A DNA stretch of 22,030 bases, from positions 1 to 22,030 of the forward strand of contig JANNWY010000085.1 in assembly GCA_031409335.1 (NCBI GenBank). Reading direction: 5' to 3'. The translations under genes were made by a program, and so were the position numbers. Below the pieces are notes generated by a model. It was not told the DNA's origin. It saw nothing but the letters and a program-made list of their open reading frames with translations, and searched no databases. Source of the DNA: Chthoniobacteraceae bacterium (GTDB lineage Bacteria > Verrucomicrobiota > Verrucomicrobiia > Chthoniobacterales > Chthoniobacteraceae). Shown piece after piece: positions 16,701-22,030 of this stretch. How positions within the stretch are numbered: the stretch's first letter is position 1; each line of letters starts with the position of its first letter.

Positions 16701-18990
16701 CCAGCGTGCCGATGCCCGTGATGGTCGCGGCGACCGCGAAATTATCCGGGCGGTTCAGCGCGATCGCGCCGTCGTTCGTGATCGCGCCCGCCGGCAAAAT
16801 GCCCACGCCGGGCGTCACTCCATCGCCGACTTGCAGCGCGCCCGCGCTGATCGTCGTGCCGCCGGTGTGATCGTACGCGACGCTGTTCGCGAGCGTCAGC
16901 GTGCCAGTCCCCGTCTTGGTCAGGTTCGCGCCGCCGCTGATTTTTCCGGTGCCGGAAAAAGTGTAGTCGAGCGCGGTATTGTTCACCACCACGCCGCCGG
17001 GAGTCAGCGTCGTGGTGAGGTTTACATTGGTGTTGCCGACGGCGGTGTCATCGAACGTTACCGAGTCCGTGCCGCCCGTGCCTTGCAGATAACGCGCGGC
17101 AGTATTCGTCACGGTCGTGCGCCAGTTCTGCGTGCCGACGACATCCGCGCCGGTCGGGTCGATGTCCCAAAGCGCGTTCACGTTTCCGCGCCACTTCACC
17201 TGCTCGAGGCTGGTGATGTTCAGGTCCACGCGGAAAGCGCCGGCGTTGTCCACGAGATTTCCCACCGTGCGCGCAGGCAGCGTGAGCGTGAGCCCGCCAA
17301 AGCCCGCGCCGCCGATCGCGCCGGTGTAGCTGATGAGCGGGATGCCGAGCTGCGGCACCAGCGCGGAGCCGGTGATTTTCAGTTGCGTCCCCGTGCTCAC
17401 GCTAAATGCGGTCGCATCCAGCGCAGGCACCGTCGGATTTCCCAGCGTGGCGGTGCCGATGTTGATGGTGCCGCCCGTCGTCGTGCCGACCGTGAGCGAG
17501 GGCACATTCAGCGTCACACCCGCCGCGAGCGGCATCGCGGTAAACGAACCGCCGTCGGCCACGGTGACGTTCGTATTTACCGAGCCAGAAAATGCGCCCT
17601 GCACCGCATACGTTGCCGTGTTCGCCACGCTCACCGCCGTGCCGTTGAGCGAGCCCGTCGAGACGAGCAGCGTGCCGCCGCTCACCGTGGTCGCGCCAGT
17701 ATAGCTGTTCGCACCGGTCAGCGTCAGCGTGCCGGTGCCGTTTTTCGTGAGCGACATCTCGGGTGCGCCGTTGGAAATGACGCCGCCGAAATTTCCCGCA
17801 TCGACGGTGATCGAGGCGACGTTGGCGGCGTGCGAATTCGTGACCGTGCCCGCGCCATTGAGCGTGCCGAGGTTCACCGCGACGCCGTCCACTTGGAGAA
17901 TGTTACCGGCATTCACCGCCCAGGTCGCCGCAGCGCTGCCGGCCGTGGCGCTTTGCAGGCGCAGGGTGCGCCAGCCCGCGGTGGCTCCGAGGGTGAATGT
18001 CCCCGTGTACCCGCTGTTGTTGCCAGTCATCCTCAGGAAGGACGCCGCCGTGGCCACGTTGGTGTTTTGATAGTTGATATTGCCCGAGCCGAGGAGATTG
18101 CCGCTGAAGGTGATTGGCGTCAGGGACGCCGCCGCTGCGTTCAAAACATTCAGCGTGGTGCTCCCATTGGCGGTGATGTTGCCAGTGAGAGTCAGCGCGG
18201 GCGTCTGGTTGGGAAACAGCGCCAGTGTGCTCCCGGTATTCAGCACGATGGCACCATTATTGACCGTGCTCACCCCAGCCGCGCCCGATTGCGCCGCAAA
18301 GCGCAGCGTCGCACCGTTGGCGACGTTAAAGGTGACGTTGCTGCCGATCGTCGTGACGCGACTGGCTCCGCCCTGAATGTGAAGCACCCCCGCGTCCACG
18401 TTGAACGTCCCGTTCGAGATCGTGTAGCCGGACGAAAAAGCGGCCGTTCCCGCGCCAGTCTTGGTGACCGCAAACCCACCCAGATTGAACGCTGTCCCCG
18501 CCGCCTGCGAGATGAAGGCCAGGTCTTCGTTTTGAGATAAAGTCGCCGGGTTGGCGCTGGTGTTTGCGTTGGCGACGCTCCAAGTCTGATTCGCGCCGAT
18601 TGTGACTTTCGACTGGATGACGAGCGTCTGCGTCGCCGCCGCCATGTCGATGCCGCCCGCGCCGAGCGTCAGCGTATTCGCGCTGGCCACATTCGCGATC
18701 GTCATCAGCACCGCGCCGTTCGCCGCGCCGCCGACATTCGCGACCCGGATGCCCAGCCAGCTCTGATCCGCGCCGAGCGCTGCACTCGTCGCAGTGGAGA
18801 TGAGGCTGTCCCAGATGGCGAGGTTCGCGGAATCAGGCACGATGCCATTGGCCCAACTGGCCGGGAGATTCAGCGCGGTCGAGTTGGGAGCTTTCGAGCT
18901 ATCGGCGAAAAGCGAGCCGGGCAGAAGCAGCGCGATGGAGCCGAGGAGCGGGGCGAGGGAGCGGACGTGGGAGATTTTGGAAACGGTCAT
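13747..18990 (-). CDS. Large autotransporter-associated beta-strand-repeat surface protein with PEP-CTERM anchor (1,747 aa)
   Basis: Signal peptide after ATG 18990 (MTVSKISHVRSLAPLLGSIALLLPGSLFA); many LTKxGxGTLxL...YTGxTxVxxGTL repeats; C-terminal VPEPGSASLLILGALGLLSRRSRKR; no beta-barrel translocator. Confidence 0.92.
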   Translation of the reverse strand: MTVSKISHVRSLAPLLGSIALLLPGSLFADSSKAPNSTALNLPASWANGIVPDSANLAIWDSLISTATSAALGADQSWLGIRVANVGGAANGAVLMTIANVASANTLTLGAGGIDMAAATQTLVIQSKVTIGANQTWSVANANTSANPATLSQNEDLAFISQAAGTAFNLGGFAVTKTGAGTAAFSSGYTISNGTFNVDAGVLHIQGGASRVTTIGSNVTFNVANGATLRFAAQSGAAGVSTVNNGAIVLNTGSTLALFPNQTPALTLTGNITANGSTTLNVLNAAAASLTPITFSGNLLGSGNINYQNTNVATAASFLRMTGNNSGYTGTFTLGATAGWRTLRLQSATAGSAAATWAVNAGNILQVDGVAVNLGTLNGAGTVTNSHAANVASITVDAGNFGGVISNGAPEMSLTKNGTGTLTLTGANSYTGATTVSGGTLLVSTGSLNGTAVSVANTATYAVQGAFSGSVNTNVTVADGGSFTAMPLAAGVTLNVPSLTVGTTTGGTINIGTATLGNPTVPALDATAFSVSTGTQLKITGSALVPQLGIPLISYTGAIGGAGFGGLTLTLPARTVGNLVDNAGAFRVDLNITSLEQVKWRGNVNALWDIDPTGADVVGTQNWRTTVTNTAARYLQGTGGTDSVTFDDTAVGNTNVNLTTTLTPGGVVVNNTALDYTFSGTGKISGGANLTKTGTGTLTLANSVAYDHTGGTTISAGALQVGDGVTPGVGILPAGAITNDGAIALNRPDNFAVAATITGIGTLAKNNTNTVNFTNAMTTGDVAINAGTLRYDAGGTVNGLVSGSGTLAVQGGTLRLAGVGSNTFNGVTYVSGGVLQLNQSGGNAILNTINFTGTGGLSLLQPDQIEDTVTINYNKAANGGTVVINETIGTLNLINGADTNAQIIANNGFVVSGLVTAQNTTVFSTASGHTATVGGLNLSGTPIIRIAANSGPSTLNVGAAGIVASGGTIQVGQGAGGFDAVLNLDGDVTTTGNVAFTDGNFLGGNLRQIALTSTRTFDIGAGTTTTIAPDIAGAGGLTKTGTGTLQLTAASASTYTGDTLVSQGTLLTTPAQVAGAVSISGGATLGVNMVTAGTTLISTSLNTAAGSTVVLATAALGNPFTPVISTGTLSVNGATTLRVTGSALTAATGIPLFSYTSLTGFPSLALSLPGRIAGTLVNNTIDSRVDLDISGIEQVKWNGNVAGGNWDIDPDGTGATGTQNWLTTLGNAATRYFQGPIGIDTANFDDSATGTTTVNLTTALSPNGVIVDNTAKNYTFTGTGRISGATSLTKTGAGTLTIANTGTNDFTGGTTIGAGSVLRIGDGVTSGAGALPGAIANDGTLVLNRPDDVGFANALSGFGTLQKDQANFVTLSAAANLFGPITLNAGTLRFGAGGTLGGDIAGVGQIEAGGGTLQINGANPNTNTGPTTVSAGILQLAKGDGIDAVGGNIVITGTGQLALLTGEQIPNTATLTFTGSSADSIPTQNALETVQNLVANSSVGGAAGGQVILRNGFTVLGTATLTSGILGVGSNFTATLNALVIDAAPGANGILRIAGNGGPSTLNIGPGGITASGGEIQVKFNVNNQDAVLNLGGDLTTTGNVAITNAGYTGANLNIINLVSGPRTFDIAGGTTTTVAPDFGDGEMIREGDGTLTLNGTLGAGAFILTANDGTTNITSSQTIADLSIADGATVNFGAAAPAPAPGFGENADIGFGEGVVQPVPEPGSASLLILGALGLLSRRSRKRDSL

Positions 18991-19075
18991 AGGTCGGGGT
19001 ATTGGATTGGGTGGTCGCACTGCGGGGGATTTTCGGGGGATCGGCGCGCAGCTCGCCAAATAGCATCTAAGGTTT

Positions 19076-19104
19076 ATGGTATGCGCCAAAACTCACTCGC
19101 GCAA
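19076..19104 (-). promoter_or_regulatory. Putative sigma70 promoter of the large PEP-CTERM gene
   Basis: Minus strand TTGCGC-N17-TACCAT. It overlaps the ORF-track TTG start at 19089, which supports ATG 18990 as the real start. Confidence 0.55.
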
Positions 19105-19199
19105 CCGGCACTTTCGCAGCACGATCAGCAAATCGTGCGATTGAAAATGGAGTCGCGTGCCAGGGCCAGCGGCTAAGGCGCCCCACCCGCATGAGCTAC

Positions 19200-21002
19200 T
19201 TATTGAACGTCCCCGCGCAGCCAGTCCGTGATCATCTCGATTTGTTTGGTCGTCAGTTGCTCGCGCTCCGCATACGCCGGCATCCGGTCGTTGCGCTTTC
19301 CGTAAAAGCGTTTGTGCGCCGGGTTTTTGATCAGCTCGATCGTCCACTCGCGCGAGGCCCAGCCGGTGAGGTCCGGGCCTTTGCCGCCGCCTTCGTCGTG
19401 GAAAAGATGGCAGTCCGTGCAATTCACCTCGGGGCTGATGAGCGCCTTGCGGCCTTCCGCGATCAGCGCGGCGTCGCGCGCGTCGGCCTCGCGCTGCGCG
19501 GGGAGCGCGGCCTCGGCGGAGAGCGCGACGAGCGCGGCGTCGAGCTGCTTTTTTACGGGCTCGGAAAAGGCGGGCGCGTCGTCGAGGATGTAATCGACCA
19601 TCGGGCTGCGCTCCTTGCCTTTTGGCGGATGGACGAAGGCGGTGCCGCCCCACCAGCGCGGCGTTTCGATTAGCGCGGGATTTAAGAAATCGCGTATCCA
19701 CTGGCGGCTGCCCCAGCCTTTCAAATCGGCGGCGGACTGCGGATCGGTGAGCGGCTGGCCGAGGCCGTTGTGGCCGTCGTACCCGTGGCACGAGGCGCAC
19801 TTCGCGGCAAAGAGCTTCGGGCCTTGCGTGAGCGGGTCCCCGGCGAGCAAGGCGAGCGCGCCTTCCGCCGGGATGCCCGAACGGGCGGCAAGTGCTTTCA
19901 CGCGCGCAGCGTCGTGCTCGCCCGCCTTCACCGCCGCGAGGTAGTGCGGGTCGGAAAAATCGTGCCGGTAAGCCATCACGGTGAATGCGCCGAAGAGGCC
20001 GAGGCCGACCCACGCGAACGCGAGATTGAACCCGTGCCCGACTTTCCAACCCGACCAGAGCGGCATCAGAAAAAGGATCCCCGCGATCGCCCCCGGGATG
20101 ATGACGACGCACCATAGCATGCCGCCGCCGGGCAGCCGCTGCTCGAACCAGTCCTGAAATTTCAAGAGCTGGAAGAGCCCCATGAAATACCAGTCGGGCC
20201 GCGCCGCGGAATAATTCTCCGCGGGATTCGCGGGCGCGGTGAGTTGCGCGCCGTGTTTCCAAATCGTCAGCCCGAGCACGGCGGCGGCGACGGCGAAACA
20301 CGCGACGGCATCCTTCAAAACCTGATCCGGCCAGAAGGTCGTATCCGCGCTTTTCTTTGGCTGCTTCACCGTGATGCCGTGCCGGCGGAAGAGATAAATG
20401 TGCCCGACGATCAGCGCCACGAGCGCTGCTGGGAGCACGCCCGCGTGCAACGCAAAAAAGCGCGTGAGCGTGTGATGCCCGTAATCCGTGCCGCCGACCA
20501 CGAGGCGCTGAAGCCCCTCCCCGATCACCGGCACATTGGCCATCAGATTGGTCGCCACCTTGGTCGCCCACATCCCCTTTTGATCCCACGGCAGCAGATA
20601 ACCCGTCAGCGAAAGCGCCAGGGTCAGCCCCATCAGCGCGAGGCCAAACCAAAAGTTCACCTCACGCGGCGCCTTATACGCACCGTCGATCAGCACCTGC
20701 ATGAGATGCAGCACCAGCAGCGGCACCATCAGTTGCGCCGTCCAGTGATGCAGCCCACGCACCATCCAGCCCAGCGGCACTTGCTCCTGTAAAAAATAAA
20801 CGCTTTCCCAAGCCGTCTGCGCGCTCGCGCTGTAGCCGATCCAGAGCAGGATGCCCGTCACAAATTGCGCCACGATCGCAAACGTCAGCGTGCTCCCCCA
20901 CACATACCGCCAGCGCGCCCCGCCCGGCACATGCTCGCGCAGTAGCGAATCCACCAACCCGCGATACCCCGTCCGCTGATCCAGCCAGTTCAGCGCCCTC
21001 AC
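19200..21002 (-). CDS. Cytochrome b (b6 + subunit IV-like) fused to a diheme cytochrome c; Rieske/cytb complex subunit
   Basis: Heme-b His pairs in RGLHHW...VLHL and FFALHAG...VGHI; GYLLPWDQ; Qo-site PDWY (20187-20198); two CxxCH motifs, CASCH (19785-19799) and CTDCH (19407-19421). Confidence 0.92.
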   Translation of the reverse strand: MRALNWLDQRTGYRGLVDSLLREHVPGGARWRYVWGSTLTFAIVAQFVTGILLWIGYSASAQTAWESVYFLQEQVPLGWMVRGLHHWTAQLMVPLLVLHLMQVLIDGAYKAPREVNFWFGLALMGLTLALSLTGYLLPWDQKGMWATKVATNLMANVPVIGEGLQRLVVGGTDYGHHTLTRFFALHAGVLPAALVALIVGHIYLFRRHGITVKQPKKSADTTFWPDQVLKDAVACFAVAAAVLGLTIWKHGAQLTAPANPAENYSAARPDWYFMGLFQLLKFQDWFEQRLPGGGMLWCVVIIPGAIAGILFLMPLWSGWKVGHGFNLAFAWVGLGLFGAFTVMAYRHDFSDPHYLAAVKAGEHDAARVKALAARSGIPAEGALALLAGDPLTQGPKLFAAKCASCHGYDGHNGLGQPLTDPQSAADLKGWGSRQWIRDFLNPALIETPRWWGGTAFVHPPKGKERSPMVDYILDDAPAFSEPVKKQLDAALVALSAEAALPAQREADARDAALIAEGRKALISPEVNCTDCHLFHDEGGGKGPDLTGWASREWTIELIKNPAHKRFYGKRNDRMPAYAEREQLTTKQIEMITDWLRGDVQ

Positions 21003-21553
21003 GCCGTCGCCACTTTCTCGCGGATGCCCGCCTTGAAGTTCTCAAATTTGACCCACACCGCGCCTTCGCGCACCTCCACCTTTAGCGTATCAAGCCCGCG
21101 CAGACTCGGGCTTTTCCCCTGCACCTCGCCGCTCGTCGCGAATGCGCTGTCGTGGCACGGGCAGTAGAACGACTTGATCTCATCGCGAAACTCCACCGCG
21201 CAGCCGAGGTGCGGACACGACGAGTGAAACGCCACGACTTCCGTTTCGCTCGTGCGTAGCAGGAACACCGAACCGACCGCCTGCTTCGGGAATTGCGTCC
21301 ACGCATCGCGCCGATCCGTCACGATCTGGAAAAGCCGCGGCGCAGCCCCGACCGCGAGCGCATCCAGCGGCGTCAGATTCACCTCCACCGCCGCCCCCTT
21401 CTGCCGCAGCGGCGCCGCGATCACCGCCACCCCCGCCACGATCGGCGCCGCCATGCAGCACCCTCCGAGCACCGTGCAGGCAGCCGCTTTCAAAAACTCG
21501 CGCCGTTCGAGCGGCGCTTCGGTGGAAGGTTTGGATAAATCCGTATCGGACAT
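20999..21553 (-). CDS. Rieske 2Fe-2S protein (QcrA/PetC-like) with Tat signal-anchor
   Basis: ERREFLK twin-arginine motif plus TM helix; CPHLGC and CPCHDSAF boxes; 4-bp GTGA overlap with the cytochrome b start. Confidence 0.93.
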   Translation of the reverse strand: MSDTDLSKPSTEAPLERREFLKAAACTVLGGCCMAAPIVAGVAVIAAPLRQKGAAVEVNLTPLDALAVGAAPRLFQIVTDRRDAWTQFPKQAVGSVFLLRTSETEVVAFHSSCPHLGCAVEFRDEIKSFYCPCHDSAFATSGEVQGKSPSLRGLDTLKVEVREGAVWVKFENFKAGIREKVATA

Positions 21554-21755
21554 GAATCAATGGGAGCTTTGCGCGCAGGTAAATGCCGTGCCCGCGCCCG
21601 CATGGCAACCCCCGGTTTCATAACGTGCGCCGAAGCGAAGCGGGCGCGTCAAAAAACGAAACCAAGCCCCGTTTGGCGGCTCACACCATTTCGCTATTGA
21701 AATTGGGACGATTGGGAATGGCCGATGCGCGTCTCGTTGGAAGGGTCATCCTGGC

Positions 21756-21927
21756 TTCGGCAATGGGAACCGCGGACGACGCGGAAGACACGAAGAACGC
21801 GGAGATTGCGAACCTTGAGCCACTCATTCACTGGGTGAACGACGCCCTCCTGGCGATACGGAACCCAACCTCTTCCTCATCCGCGTTTTCCGCGTCCTCC
21901 GCGTCGTCCGCGGTTCCCATCGCCGAA
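21756..21927. repeat. Long imperfect inverted repeat (48-bp arms, 76-nt spacer) built of 9-nt periodic units
   Basis: Arm 21756-21803 matches the reverse complement of 21880-21927 at 43 of 48 positions. Confidence 0.9.
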
Positions 21928-21995
21928 ACGAGGTTAATGGAAACATGGAAACACAACCGCAAGCCCCCGCCAGATACGCAGGTCAGCAACATCTG

Positions 21996-22029
21996 AAAAA
22001 AACAAAAGGACAGGCATTTAAGCCAGTCC
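21996..22029 (-). terminator. Probable intrinsic terminator of a minus-strand gene lying beyond the window
   Basis: Stem GGACAGGC/GCCAGTCC (one mismatch) with a 6-nt loop, preceded on + by AAAAAAACAAAA, which is a U-tract on the minus strand. Confidence 0.6.
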
Positions 22030-22030
22030 C

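Noticed and set aside
15289..18540. 1,083-aa plus-strand ORF
   Set aside because: Antisense shadow of the GC-rich PEP-CTERM gene; Arg/Ala/Gly-rich with no recognisable motifs.
19147..19163. Minus-strand CTGGCACG sigma54 -24-like box upstream of the large PEP-CTERM gene
   Set aside because: The -12 position reads CA rather than GC; a sigma70-type promoter at 19076-19104 fits better.
19093..20652. 519-aa alternative-frame ORF over cytochrome b
   Set aside because: Arg-rich, low-complexity off-frame reading in high-GC DNA; the main frame is intact, so there is no sign of a frameshift.
21583..21996. 137-aa ORF across the palindrome
   Set aside because: Its periodic peptides (ADDAEDTKNAE, SAFSASSASSA) simply translate the repeat arms.
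1..22030. CRISPR array, tRNA/rRNA, integron attC sites, IS elements, DGR template/variable repeat pair
   Set aside because: By eye I found no regularly spaced repeats, cloverleafs, recombinase, transposase or reverse transcriptase genes, or near-identical repeats differing only at adenines.

Overview
Bacterial chromosomal window, mostly GC-rich. The gene content suggests Verrucomicrobiota, probably a Chthoniobacter/Spartobacteria-like organism (inference from four PEP-CTERM proteins, autotransporter-repeat surface proteins, a short RpoD-family sigma factor and start contexts without Shine-Dalgarno motifs). Gene order: 5'-truncated mgtE; a low-GC islet with two short PEP-CTERM genes (one stand-alone dockerin-like Ca-binding module, one possibly cohesin-like beta-sandwich); TPM-domain protein; PEP-CTERM beta-propeller-like protein; secreted esterase; ComM/YifB ATPase; RpoD-family sigma factor; pyruvate kinase; tandem-ACT protein; DUF6421-type protein with an extra N-terminal domain; a 1,747-aa autotransporter-repeat PEP-CTERM protein with a ~600-aa internal duplication; and a Rieske plus cytochrome b-diheme c pair. 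A 48-bp periodic inverted-repeat element lies near the right end. I found no rRNA, tRNA, CRISPR array, integrase or transposase. The best candidates for undescribed biology are the adjacent dockerin-like/cohesin-like PEP-CTERM pair, the DUF6421 fusion with an HDxxH...EExRxD M49-like metal site, and the periodic palindrome. All family assignments come from reading motifs by eye; no searches were run.
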